64,000 nucleotides of DNA from Camelus dromedarius (lineage: Eukaryota), in assembly GCF_036321535.1 (NCBI RefSeq), contig NC_087438.1:12712001-12776000 (forward strand). The letters are read 5' to 3'. Both the position numbers and the translations under genes were made by a program. Under the pieces are notes generated by a model. It was given only the letters and a program-made list of their open reading frames with translations, was not told the DNA's origin and did no database searches. Positions 13,673-27,306 of the stretch are shown piece after piece (position 1 is the stretch's first letter; each line of letters opens with the position of its first letter).

Positions 13673-16600
13673 TACCCCATAGGATTATAACGGTTTAAGG
13701 AAAGTTAATTTCCATCTTTTGTCTTAGTTGTTATTCTGCAATGTTCAGGCCTCAACACATTAATGAAGATCACATATTAATGCGTTGAATGTGAAGTGAT
13801 TTTGCAAACAGTAGATTTTTTAATATGTCCTTAATAAAATAGCTTCTTTCAATTAAATATGCTTCTCTTTTACTGTCCTTTAAATACTGTGACCTCTTTC
13901 CTCCTTTGGACTTCTAGCATGTCAAAATGAGGCTAGCAGGGGTCAGCCTTTGTCTTTTCATCTCATTCCTTTGACAGGTAAGAACAGAAAAGGAAGCCAT
14001 GTGAGGCCAAAATATGAAACTGGGCATCCAGATTGCAACTTAGTGTTGCTTGTTCACTAGTGCTTGGTGTGTTGAAGCACTTACTTTCAAGCAACTTTCC
14101 TTTTCTAGATCACATAATGACACTAACCCCACTGTGTTTTGAAGTTATGGCGGGTTTTCAATCTTTCTATCATCTGTCTCTAGATCTAGCTAGCTGGTAA
14201 TCAATTGTGATTAATTGGATGGCTAATAGCTAATTCAGCATTCAAATAGTGACAGGGTTAGGAAAATTGTCTTGTGTTAATCAACCATAGTGATTTACAC
14301 TTTCTGTTTAGATCAGGGAAATCTTATTCTGCTATATTTTTCACTCTTCATTGTACTTTTGAAATAGGTTATTTCTTTTCCTTTCAAATTTTCCAAATGC
14401 TATCTTAATGCCGAAGCCAATATAAGGCATGGTGATAATTTGGGGAAGCCTGTCTTGGTGCCATCTTTCCTCTGATTGGTCCTCTTGCCCCAAATTGCCA
14501 GGCATCTTTCCTGCCTGGTAGGAAACTCATGCCATTTCAAGTCTACCTAGGCTGGTTCTTGCTACTTAAATATAGAACTCTGGAAATAGCCAACCCTTTG
14601 TCTTGCTCATTTTTTCTGATATTTTAATCATGGAGAGAAAAAAACACTCTTTCTGCTTATTTTGCAACCTGTTTTTTGTATTCTTAGAGCCAGTGGAGTC
14701 ACTGAGAGCTTGTCTAGTAGGGACAGAAGTAAATGCAGGATGTTTAACGACCCCTGGACCTGTCAAGAGCCCTGACAACATGCCAGGCATGTTGTCATGC
14801 TGAGTGCTAAGGGTGCTAAGAATACAGTCCTGAATCCTTTGGTTCTAAAGAGTTTGTATCATTGTAGGAGAAATAAACATAATCAAATAATTTGACTCTA
14901 ATGTTGTTTAATGCTAGTGTTTTGCACAGAGAATTATGTGAGCTGAATTAGGGGTTCAAGGTCATTTTTTCAAGCAAGATAGGAAAGAAGTTAGTTACAG
15001 GTTCACACAATACCATTAAGTGATCTTTGTCTCATATCTGAATGTCAACAGTAAGGCTCAACACCATGCACTGTGAACATGGACCGAAATCAAATTGCTT
15101 TGGCCGCTACATACCAAGAGGATAGGGGTGATTTAACCTCTTTTTCTTCTGACTGTGAGGAACTGAAGAGCCTTTCCTTCCCAGCCATGGCCCTTCTCAA
15201 TAGTCAGGGATGAGAAATAGAGCTCCAACTAAGAAGAGGCTAGTTGTGAGAGCGATTAGCTCTGGCAGGAGGCACTCAAGTTTGGCAGGTTTCCCAGCAG
15301 TCATGCAGTTCGGGAGCCAAGCAGAAACGTCCCACCAAGCTAAACACTAAGGACCTGTCACCATTCAACTGTCTGCCAGCAGTAAAAGTCAATGAGCTTT
15401 TGAGGGAGGTTGTTCCAGATTCTTGAACATCCTTAGAACAAAAAATATCAAATGTAGATAGTTTTTCTCTCTTTGAAAGCATCATTTTTTTTTCCTTAGC
15501 AGAAACCTGGGCAATTTTTAAAAACATTTTTTTTTTCAAAAAGCAGAGAGAAAAATAAGACAGAGGGAATATATGATAGCTTAAGCCTAATGATTGTAAA
15601 ATATTTGATGGTATTTAAAAAATTGAAACCTTATTTAAAGGAAGGGGTGAGCCCTGGGATGAGGGCTGTCTTCACAGTCCTCACAGAGGTAATTTCGCTC
15701 CTCTCTGAACCTGACTTTGCAGTCCTGGCCGTGGCAGTGAATTTTATCAGTAATAAATCAGGCTCCACTGTGGTTGCTGACTTTTCTGAAGTTGGTGCCC
15801 ATAGGAGTGTGAGAAGACTGTTCTTTCTGAATCCAGGCAATTCAATTCAAAAAAACATTTGTTGATTACTTCTGTATACTATTTACAGTAATTGGGGTAA
15901 TGGATTTCAAGGGGAAGGGGAATAATTCTGAGACTGTTAATTCATACTTTTTGGGTTAAATCCAGGACAACACCTGGAGAATCCATAACTTGTGTTGGGT
16001 GAGGGATTTATTCTGAATCCTTGAAAATGACTATGCTGAATGTGATTTTTCTTGAAATACTTTGGCATAGTCAGTGGGAGGCACACACAGAGACACACAC
16101 AATATATTCTGTCTCTTGGGTCAGTCCGTTGACATTTGTAGTGCTCTAACCAGAAATACATACCCCAGAAGTTGATGTTTAGCATTTAAAAAAGTAATCA
16201 AAGCCCAGTAGGTCTCCAGAGGTGGCTGGTAAAAGTGTGCCAGCTAACGTCCTTTCTGATCAATCCTAGAAAGTTTAAAAAATATTGCATAGTGGGTGTC
16301 AGTGAAACAATTCAATTCATGTTGGGGAAACAATTCATGTGACAGGAAACTTCATTTAGTTTGCAGAACTGGTACATGACTCTATGTGTGAATGGATATG
16401 GAACCAATTTTGCCTTCTTGTATGCATGGCTAAATTTTATCAGAGGCTTCTTTTACTGTAAGCTACCCTATGGTCGTAACATTTCAGGAGAGACATCCAG
16501 TAGCCCGCATGAATGAAGTGAACTCTGTGTTGGTGACCAGCAATAGCTAAAAAAATAAATCTGATATTCATGAATGGCTTTTGGATAGCTCCCAACAGTG

Positions 16601-19600
16601 TGTTTGCTGTGTCAACAAATGCTTAATAGGGTTTTCTCCTTCAGTAGCTCTGGAGGGAGAAGGGCTTTGCTAATTAGAAGGCGGACTGGAGAATATGATG
16701 TGATATAGCTCTAATTATTTTTTCTTTACCTTTAGATGGGATTTCTAACAGGTATTTGGTGTTTGAAGAATTTTCAAAAGAATTTTCCTTTTTATGCTTC
16801 ATTTCTTATGGCACCTTTTCTCTGGGACCAATGTCAGAGAAGAGTATTTTGCAAGAAAATTCTGTTGCTATGATTAAAAGAAACCTTCACAACATATAAA
16901 AGCAGTTTTATGTGGAAGAAGGCTGGTGCTGAAAGTGAGGTCAGGCAAAGGCTGGGAAATATTTCCCCAAACCTACGTAAAGGACATGTTAAAAAATCTT
17001 ATCTGCAAACTTCTCTGGATTTAAATACACATAGTAGACATTTATTTGGTGACAAAGTAAAATGATGTTCTGCAGACTTTACATGAAAATCAGAACATTT
17101 TGCTTATAGTCTAACTATATATTGTCTTTAAATAGTAATGAAGACACCGAAAAGAGGACAGAAGAAAATTGCTTGGTTAAAATATATTTCTTTTTTTTTT
17201 TTTTCCCCAGAACTCTTGCTCTTTTGCTTGTATGTTGAGTGGGAGGACTGAGTTTCCAGGAAATGATCACAACATTCTCTTCCATTGCTTGAGGGTGACG
17301 CTTATGCTCCAATGCCATTAAATAAGAAATGACTTACCATGTGTGCTTTCACTTCTTCCAGAAAATGAATTTTATCAGCACCTAACATTTGTACCTAACA
17401 CATTTGCAACCACTTCATTTGTTGGAAGCAGGTAATAAAAATGAGATTTCCTTTAACACAATGATATTCTGACATTCATAAAATTGAAGTATGGACTCAG
17501 TCAGCCAGCTTAGGAGAAGGCCACTTGACAAATGATAAAAGTTTAAATAACACAAAGTGCGGTGTCAAAGTTGTTCAAGTAATGATATGCAAATTTCTAC
17601 TGAAAAGGTAGGGAGAAAAAGACAATTCTTTTTACTGGGATGTACCCTACGGAGCCCACGTTCTGTAGGACTAGTTTGGATAAGGCCAATGAAAACCCAC
17701 AGTTGGTACCATCTAACTTACTCTGAAAAATTTGTAACAAATTGGGACTCAGAGAAAAATTCGTTCTACAGGAACCATAATGAAAGTGGGATAATTGGTT
17801 TTTGTTCTTTAAATGGAGTAAATTTAAACAGATTCTATCACCCCAGGATAGAAGACTGTTAGACTAATAAACTATTGGTTAAATAATAAATCAAGTTCAA
17901 ATAAATGGATCCGATTTCTATAATTTTCTTCTAATTAAATTAATGTCACATTTATCTTTATGACCTTGCAGCTATATCTTTAAATTGAATTTGTGGGAAG
18001 CAGAAAATATTATATTTTTTCCTACAGAGCCTTTTATCAATTGTCTTTATTTCCACTTTTTGCTAATGAAATGGTAATGACAAGACAGTTCAAGAGACAG
18101 TGGCTCACTCATAATTGAATATATATATTTTTCAACACAAAAATGAGTAACATCTGAAGGTCAGTGGCTCAGGATAAAGCAGCTCATAACTTACAGATTT
18201 TTGTAACGCCTTATGAGAAAATTGTGCTACAAACACAGTTTTGTTTATTCTTCTTAGTTTCTTTTACTTGTTTCACTTTTGGATCACCTTCTATCTTTTT
18301 CAACTGGACCCTGATGTGAAATTGTTAATTTAAAAATAGCATAATTAAAACATAATGAGAAGTGATTGTCATGAACACCTCAGACCACGACAGGCACAAC
18401 TCATTATGCATGATTTTAATTTTTGTATTTCACTACTTCTCTCTGCCAACCAATATCACTGGCCATTTTCAAGTCCCGATGAGAAAAAAATAAGAAATTT
18501 GTATAGAAACAGCGTGTTTTACAACTAAAAAGAGATTTACAGTTTATCTGTTCCACCTTCCTTACTTAGCAGGTGAGAAAGTGAGGGTTTTGGAGGGTAA
18601 ATGATATGCCGATCGTGACACAGGTCTTAGGCTCCTATTCTATTGCTGCTTTCCCTAACATTGTGTTCAATTAGCTTATTGTGTCCAAGAAACCCAAAAG
18701 CCCTTTGAGTACGTTGGTTGCTGGCTGTCCCCTATTTCTCCATCTGTGTGGGCATCTGTTCGGCATGCTTTGTGAGCCTTCCCAGGGATCTGAATCCTTA
18801 TTTCCCATCTGACTCTCTCTCTCTAAGCTGGCCAATCCACCCACTCGCTCAAAGGGCTGAATCCTAAGAATCACTTGGCTCAAGGGACAGCAGAAGGTTT
18901 GCAGGGGCTGTGATTTCTGCTGGTACCACTAATTATTCTTGCCCCATGGCTCATGCACACAGGAATACACATTAGTTCTATTATTTAACTATTGAAACAA
19001 ATTATGTTTGAAAAATGATCTAAATGGTGTATATTTTTTTGCCCGCTTCAACAAAAGGGGGCCCTTCCATCCTCACTGCTAGATGGATGCATTTGTATAA
19101 TCACATTGAAAGAATCCAAAACAAGGCATAAATCCAAACCTTAATTTTGATAGAGCTTGATCAAAGATAGAGTCTGAAAAATAAAATTAACTAAAGAGAC
19201 TTTTAATTAAGAATTTCTTTTTGCCTCAGTTGTGATGAATTTGTAATCTTCATTCTCTTAGGAAATGAAGAAAATATAGACATTTGAAAGAACAGGAGCA
19301 TATAGTTGACATATCATATTTAATTATCTTTAGCTTTTTATTTGCAAGGAAACAGGAATCCAAAATTATGTCATTTAACAATAGAAAGCAAGCATTAGGG
19401 ACTTCTTATTTTTAGATTTCTCTCCTTTTTTCCTCTCTGTTTTTGGTGTGCATTCTTTCCAGATTTTGATACTGAAATATGCCAGCTTCATGAAGTAGAT
19501 TTGTAATCCTCTCTTCTACCTCGATGAGGTAAACACAAATAAGAACAAACATCCAGCTTCTAGGAAATGTACCTACTTTGAATGGTTATTATTAGAATAC

Positions 19601-20534
19601 ATGTATCCCTTGTAGTTCAAATGTATTCAGACTCTAAGTTCGGATAATGAGATTTCCAATAGTACGTTTAGATAACAAAGACCTTTGTGAATTATCTGAA
19701 TCCATTCATGTCCTGAATTTTGGATACCAAGTAGTGAGAGTTTAGAAACTTAGGTATACCTACCTTTCTTCAAAGAGGGCTATGTTACCCATTTTATCTG
19801 AATCTATTCTGTTTCTAAGTTTGGAGAATGAGAGTTTTAATAGGAAATACTACCTGTATTTTTGAGTCTGTAAGGTTAGACCATTTCACTACCAGGCTTC
19901 CCACGGACACTGGATGCCTTTTGTTATCAATCACCTAAAAAAGGAGTTTTGGGAGGACTTTAAATAGGGGTGAGGTAAAAAGCATCTTTTTTACTAGGGA
20001 GTTAGGGGTGAGTTTGCTTCTAGACTTTAAAGCATGAAAATGTCTGGAATAAATCCAGTGAAGGGAGAGCTGGGGGTGTGGGAGGAGCAGTGATATGACT
20101 TTATTTAAGTGAAAGAGGCTCCCAAGTGTAAGAGAGAGAGAAATGTGTCCGCAAGATTTGAGTCTGGGCTTGGACAAGAGTCATAAATCATTCCTCTTAC
20201 TCCATAACCTATCCACAGCCTCTGACCTCCAGCACAGCCTGTTAAAATTCATCATCTTATTTCTCTTGTAAATTAAGAGTTAAAAAGGGGCTCATTTCCA
20301 TGTTCAGGCTGAAACCAACAAGGGCAATGTCTTACTCCCGGACTAGAGACAGGGATTCCTATTGCAATCACTGCATATAGATGGCAATGTCCCAGAGTGT
20401 GATACTGTAAGAGGTATTGGCAGCAGAGGCAAAGGCCTGGCAGCAAGATATGCTGCCTTGAAGGGAAAACAGTAATGCTAACGAAAATGCTAATGCTAAT
20501 GTAAATGATGATGATGATGATGATAATAATAAAT

Positions 20535-20770
20535 GACTGAATATGATTAATGTCTATGTGCCTGGTCTTATTTTAAATCCTTTTCACGAATCATCTTTTT
20601 CTATCCTCATGACAACCTTATGAGTTACTATTATTATCCCCATTTTGCAGATAGAAGAATTAAGATGCAGAAGATTAAGGAAAGTCTAAGGTCACACAGC
20701 TAAAAAATGTCAGAGCCCGGCTTGGAGGCCAGGCCAATCTACCTGGAGAACTCTATTCCTAACTGGTATA
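20535..20770 (-). mobile_element. MIR SINE, preceded by (GAT)n/(AAT)n simple repeat
   Basis: cctcatgacaaccttatgag..tattattatccccattttgcagatag..aaggtcacacagct. Confidence 0.75.
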
Positions 20771-21112
20771 TTATTCTACAAACGGATTCCACAGAGCTAG
20801 GGGTTAGTTACACGAGAGCTAATATCTGGCAATAAAGCTGGCAGTCTTTTTTTTTTTTTTTTAAAGAAGACATGGTCTTATTTATAATCCTATTTCCAAA
20901 CAAGTAATGTTTGAGATACTTGGATCATACTGTATGTTCCTTACTGTAAATTTTATTGGTGTTAGTACTTAATTTCTTCAAGAAAATATTTTTCTCTCAA
21001 GAAAGTCTTCAGGATATTGCAACTCATCTTTTAGTATAAAATCTATTGTGACATAGAAGGATAATGAGAAAGTCAATTTTACAGCATTCACCTCTGACAT
21101 GGTTTCCAAATT

Positions 21113-22337
21113 TTTTTTAAATTTTTTTATTGAGTAATAGTTATTTTACAATGTTGTGTCAAATTCCAGTGCAGAGCACAATTTTTCAGTCATACATGAA
21201 CATGTATATATTCATTGTTGCATTTTTTCTTTTTTGCTATGAGCCACCACAAGATCTTGTATATTTTTCCCTGTGCTATACAGTATAATCTTGTTTATCT
21301 ATTCTGCATTTTAAATCCCAGTCTGTCCCTTCCCACCCCCTGCCCCCTTCACAACCACAAGTTTGTATTCTATGTCTATGAGTCTGTTTCTGTTTTGTAT
21401 TAATTTTTTTTTGTTTTTTTAGATTCCTCATATATGCGATCTCATATGGTATTTTTCTTTCTGTTTCTGGCTTACTTCACTTAGAATGACATTCTCCAGG
21501 AATATCCATGTTGCTGCGAATGGCATTATGTTGTCGGTTTTTGTGGCTGAATAGTATTTCATTGTATAAATATACCACATCTTCTTTATTCAGTCATCTG
21601 TTGATGGACATCTAGGCTGCTTCCATGTCTTGGCTATTGTAAATAGTGCTTCTATGAACATTGGGGTGCAGGTGTCATTCTGAAGTAGGGTTCCTTCTGG
21701 ATATATGCCCAGGAGCAGGATTCCTGGGTCATATGGTAAGTCTATTCCTAGTCTTTTGAAGAATCTCCATACTGTTTTCACAGTGGCTTTCCTTGCTTCC
21801 CTCTCCCACTCTTAATGATTCAGATGTCTTCTTTTACAATTTTGTGTTTATTCTTTTTGTAATTCATGGCAGTTATCTCCTTTCCAGTTATGAGTTTCTC
21901 ATTTTTGTAGCATCCTGCTTCTTTTCTATTTAGAGTACACCTGTCAAAATTTCTTTTAGCATGGGTTTAGCGTTGTTAACTCTTTTAGTTTTTGCTTGTC
22001 TGTGAAGTTCTTTATCTCTCCTTCTGTTCTAAAGGATAGCCTTGCTGGATAGAGTATCCTAGGCTTCATCTTTTTTTCATTCAGGACTTTGAATATATCT
22101 TGCCACTCCCTTCTGGCCTGTAGTGTTTGTGTAGAGAAATCAGCTGAGAGCCTTATGGGGGTTTCCTTGTAACTCACTCTTTGTTTTTCTCTTGCTGCCT
22201 TTAGGATCATTTCTTTATCTTTGACTCTGGCCATCTTGATTATAATATGTCTTGGTGTGGGTCTGTTTGGGTTCTTCCTGTTTGGGACCCTCTGAGCCTC
22301 CTGTACTTGGATATCTGATTCCTTTAGGTTTGGGAAG
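21113..22337 (-). mobile_element. Young camelid-type LINE-1, 5'-truncated and internally deleted, with 15-bp TSD
   Basis: ORF1 C-terminal half at 21956-22337 (DIQVQEAQRVP..PIRLSADFS..WQDIFKVL..YPARLSF) joins near 21787 to the ORF2 C-terminus (DLPYDPGILLLGIYP..CTPMFIEALFTIAKTWKQPRCPS) and 3'UTR/polyA. TSD catggtttccaaatt 21098-21112 and catagtttccaaatt 22338-22352. Confidence 0.92.
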
Positions 22338-23289
22338 CATAGTTTCCAAATTATGTTGATGTTCACTCTGACACTTACATGATGTTGTTTCAGATTTTAA
22401 GGCATGGAAAAAAGAATTATTTTATTCCTGTAGATTTCCACTTAAGATATATGCACATAAGTGAATTGTGAACTTTTTCCATCTGTGGTCACACACTCCT
22501 CTGTAAGCTCTGCCTTAGTAGGTACCAGCTGATGGTCTAAATAGTTGTGGGTGTTAACATAGCATCATGGCATGTTAGGGAGGAAAGAGGCCTTGGGACC
22601 AACCCTGTCATTGGGGATGAGGATGGGAGAACTGAGGCTCAGGATCAAGGACAGTGGTAGAATCACTGGTTTCCCCCATAGCAGTTATATATTAGATAAG
22701 AGAGTGAACAGGGAGTCATTTGATGCCTGATCTCTTTGAGCTGCAATCACACTGTTGGTCATTTGGTAGGTGTGTATTGAGGGAACAAATTGGTGGTTAG
22801 AATAAAGAAGTTTGCTCTTGGGTTTGGAGAGGAATGTTATTTTAAACTGAGCTTTATTTTCCTCACGTTTGTTTTTCAGGGCTAAAGATGAAAAATATTT
22901 TCATTCCTCTCCCTTCGTCTTACCTTTTTTCCTCCATCTTAGAGTCATTATGGAATATTTTGGTGTTTGTTCTGATGTTTGAGAAAGAAACAGTGATTTT
23001 CCCATTTGGATTTCCTTTCAATTTGCCTAATTGAAATTTGATATCACGTATCAAGTGATTCATCTGTAGCATTTATTTCTCGTCATCTGGGCAAGAAGCC
23101 CTGCATAAAGGCAATTATGTTGGGTAATTCCCAATTATCCACATGCAGCTCAAGCAGATATGTGCTCTTTAAAAATCTCCAAATGCCATTTCAGGGAAAA
23201 AAACCCCACAAAGCCAAACAGAAATATACTGTTCTCAGCCAAAAGCCTCTTTTGGAACAAAGTTCTAGATGGCAACAATGAAAGAGCTA

Positions 23290-23380
23290 AACCAGGAATT
23301 CTTAACCTTGGCACTATTAACATTTGGGGCTGGATAATTCTTTGTTGTGAGAGTAGTCCTATGCATTCTAGAATGTCCTA
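23290..23380. mobile_element. MER20-like hAT fragment
   Basis: ttcttaaccttggcactattaacatttggggctggataattctttgttgtg. Confidence 0.7.
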
Positions 23381-24065
23381 GCTCTCTAAAATGCACTCAG
23401 TGATGTTTTATAAATGATTCTCATCCATGCATGCATTTCTTTTAGACACCTCAACCCAGCAACAATAAAAGCATGGGCTTTCACATTTCTAAAAGTACAG
23501 GTTAAAAAAATCTTATAACTGTTCACATGAGTAGCAGTTTTCAAAACACTTTAAAATGGCATCTAATTTTTTCCTGCATAAAAGCCTTGTAAGATATGTT
23601 AGATGTTTGGTAATAGTATTTTCACCTTCTAGGTGAAGAAACAATTCACAGTTAAGGTCACCCAGCTAGTTCATGCTCTGACAGATTTAGAGTTTTAGTC
23701 TCTGTCTGTTGCAAATAGCTCCTGTCAGAGAGGCTGTCATGGTGAGTGGAGAGTGTGTGACTAGGACTGTTTGGGTTCAAATCTTCACCCTACAGATTAC
23801 TAGCTTTGGGTATTTCGTCTAGTAGTTTAATCACTCTGTTTTTCAGTTTTGTCATCTATAAAATTGGGATTATCCATTATGAAGTTAGAAGGTACTTCAA
23901 AAAGTAGTGTGAGGAATAAATGATCAGTGTTTACACATAGTAAGTGCATAATAAATATAGGTGTTATTATTAACAACAATAAGAAGAACTATACTATATT
24001 TATTAAGAATAATTAATATAGAGATATTTATAATATATTTTTACTATACATATACTATGTTTATT

Positions 24066-24590
24066 CTACACTATTTTCAATAGCCAAGACATGGAAACAA
24101 CCTAAATGGCCATTGACAGATGAGTGAATAAAGAAGATGCGGTATATATACACAATGGAATACTACTCATCCATGAAAAAGAGTGAAGTAATGCCATTTG
24201 CAGCAACATGGATGAACCTAGAAATGATCATATTCAGTGAAGTAAATAGTACAGAGAAAGACAAATATCATATGATATCACTTATATGTTGAATCTAAAA
24301 AAAGATACAAATTTTATTTATAAGCCAGAAATAGACTCATAGACATAGAAAACAAACTGTGGCTACCAAAGGGGAAAGGTGGGAGAGGGATAAATTTGGA
24401 GTTTGGGATTAACGTATATACACTACTATATATAAAATAGATACACAACAAGGACCTACTGTATAGCATTGGGAATTATATTCAATTTCCTGTAATAAGC
24501 TATAATGGAAAAGAATCACTTTTCTGTACACCTGAAACTAACATTGTAAATTAATTACACTTCAATAAAAAGTAAAATTTAAAAATGAAT
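24066..24590 (+). mobile_element. LINE-1 3' end between MIR fragments
   Basis: caatagccaagacatggaaacaacctaaatg..atgccatttgcagcaacatggatgaacctaga..aataaa with an A-rich tail. MIR-like sequence at about 23730-23970 and 24600-24810. Confidence 0.85.
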
Positions 24591-24869
24591 AAATATTACA
24601 GAGATAGACTGTCTGGATTTGAAGTCAAAACTCCATCACTTGTGAGCCACATGACCCTGCCACACTGATGTATCTTCTCTCTGCCTTAGTTTTGTTCTCC
24701 ATAGAAGAGAGAAGATGATAATAATGTGGACTACCTTACCTCACAGAGTTTTTATGAGCATTAAATGCCACATACCAAAGCATCACTACAGTATTTATTA
24801 TTCACTAAATACATAAGCAGTTTTTCCAGGCTCAGCTAAATTTAGGTTTAGCCTGAATAGTTCTGTCTG

Positions 24870-25410
24870 GATAATACCTTCTTCAGTCAGGATTTTTGTT
24901 GGTAATCCAGAGAAAGCAACACTTGTCATATTAGGCTACAAGGACGTTTTGGGACAAATACTGTGAGACAATCAGAGCAAAGCTGGAGGATGTCTGGGTC
25001 TAGAAAATGGTCAGATGCCAAGAGAAGCCAAAAGTCTGGGATCAGTTGCTTCAGCGGGAGTCACCCAGCAGGGTCAGAGTGGATGCTGTCACTGTGGTCT
25101 CTAGGTCCCCACACCCACTGGAGGGTCAACGAGCCAGGAGAGGGGTTTGCTCGACTTCCCCTGGATCCAGGGGGCTGGAGGCAGACAGGCAGCCTCTTGC
25201 ACAGCCCCTGTGGTGGACGGGCACAGTCCCTCCCCAGAACTGCGCAATATGTGGGAAAAGGCAATTCCCAAGCAGAGCTGGGTGGAGATATGACCAGAGG
25301 GCTGAGGGCATCTCTTACACTCTCCTGCCAGTGTATTTACTAGAGGAAGAAAGAGACAGAGACAGAAAGAGACATAGAGAGAGGCATTCCGGGTTTCCCC
25401 TCTAACAATT
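24870..25410. mobile_element. Old MaLR/ERVL LTR-like segment
   Basis: GC-richer island starting ..tcagtcaggatttttgttggtaa, similar to an MLT1 terminus. Explains the overlapping spurious ORFs at 24963-25405. Confidence 0.4.
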
Positions 25411-25680
25411 AGTCACTATGGTATTACAAGTAACATTTTATTTTTTTCATTAAAAAATCAGTTAGATCAGTTTTTCTATTTTATGGCCCGATCATTTGTT
25501 TTGAGTAGAGTCACAGTCATTATGTCACTAGTGGGGATGATAATGAGCAACTACTGACTATGGAAGGAGATAATTAAAATAGTCAAGGAGGAAAAAAGTT
25601 AAATCACTTAAACTACTTTTTTTGGACACTTACTATGCACCCAGTGTCACACTGGTGCTGATGACTGAAAATGCAAAAAG

Positions 25681-25683
<3 letters not shown>

Positions 25684-25731
<48 letters not shown>

Positions 25732-25735
25732 TTTT
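25684..25735. repeat. (TA)n microsatellite followed by a T run
   Basis: Read directly. Confidence 0.95.
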
Positions 25736-26679
25736 AGTCTAGGAAGCTAGTGATCTAATAAAGATAAAGATATGTTGAAAACCAAACCAAACAAAAAGTA
25801 GCTGGAATATGGTGTGAAGTGGTCTCAATAAAGACGTATGCAAAGCGCTTTGGAAAAAGAGAGAAATGACATTACGACAATGATGTGAGCTGAGACCTGA
25901 AGCAGCACTTGGTCAGGAAAAATAAGAGGAAAGGCGATACGCCAGAAGGAGAAAAATCAAAGGTGAAAGAAAAAGCATAAGAAAGAGAGAAAGGAGCAAG
26001 TTCTAAGCCTGTTAACTGCTTGTTCCATCACATCTTGTTTGTTTTATTGGCATTGTATGTCCCTTGTGATTTTATTTTTAAAGAAGCGAAGTTGCTGCAT
26101 AATAGTCAGCTGTCCCAGCAGATCATGTTTAATGTGAAGAGCTATGTTTCTGGAATAATTTCACATCAGTAGTATTTCTGAAAGTGCCCTCAACCCAGGA
26201 CTGCCATGGAGAGAGCAGTTCTGTGAATTCTACTTGGGAAAGGGGAGAAATGCTGGCATTTGATGGAGAACAAGAGATCTCTGCCAACTAATTGCATCTC
26301 AACATGGCCTTAGGCTGATTTTGATAAGACTTAAATCAGCAGGTCTGGCTCAGGTACAGCTGTGGTTGTATCTGTTCAGATTAAGTGCTGCAGAGGGTGG
26401 CACGATTGTGGAATGAATTAGCGACCTTAATTACCTACTAAAATTAATTAAGGGAAAAGCGGGCATTGGGACAAATGACCCATGTGAGCAATTAGAATAG
26501 TTCCAGATACATAAGATAAATCTGCCTCTCTTTTCTGCCTAATTACAGTAAAACCATTCAGAATTTACCTCCTTTGAAAAAAAAATATTAAAAGAATCAA
26601 ATAAATTTGAAAGAGACAAGTGTAGCCTGAGTTTCAATAAAAAATGGGGAATGATGATTCCAGAGTTTGGTCCACTTAG

Positions 26680-27005
26680 ATGAGGGCTCAGCAGACATTT
26701 TTTTGTTACGAGAAAGAGAATAAATGCATGAGGCTTGGGCCATAAATCTGGGTTACAACTATTCAACTCTGCCCTCGTAGTGTGAAAGCATCTGTAGACG
26801 ATGTGTAAGAGGCACGGCTGTGCTTTAATAAAACTTTATTTATGGATACAAAATACAAAACTAATTTTCACAGATTATGACATATTCTTCTTTTGATTTT
26901 CTTCAACCTTTAAAAAAAGTACAAACTATTCTTAGCTCTCAGGCTGTGCAAAAACAGGCGGCAGACCAGATTGGGCCCACAGGCTGTATAGAGTGTCACC
27001 CCCTC
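26680..27005. mobile_element. MER58B-like hAT-Charlie MITE
   Basis: caactattcaactctgccctcgtagtgtgaaagc..aataaaactttattta..attcttagctctcaggctgtgcaaaaacaggcggc. Confidence 0.75.
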
Positions 27006-27306
27006 AAATAATAAAGAAATGATGGAAGGAGAGGACAAAAGAGCTATGGTTCCATGTGGCCCAAATAGGGCAGAGATAAGTAACATATACACTAGCCTAG
27101 CACCACAAAGTATAAAATGAAGTGGGGAGCAAACCGCATTTTCAAAACCGTATTTCATCAAGTTATGTGGCTGTTCTCCAAGGTGTGATTTGATCACATA
27201 TTAACGAACCACCTTCAGAAATTATTCACCATGAAGTACCACTGATCTTGTCTATACAAGAATATGACTTCAAATATCACTTGAACTCAACTGGTTCAAA
27301 TAGCTT

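Noticed and set aside
18548..18580. Second recursive-splice-like site (cag|gtgaga)
   Set aside because: Appears to lie in a MIR-like core (..acagatgagaaa..gaggg), so probably repeat-derived.
21590..22366. ORFs of 136 aa and 63 aa as host genes
   Set aside because: They are LINE-1 ORF1 and ORF2 fragments within a TSD-flanked insertion.
24963..25405. Overlapping 126-aa and 132-aa ORFs
   Set aside because: Within a GC-richer LTR-like segment, with no domain or splice support.
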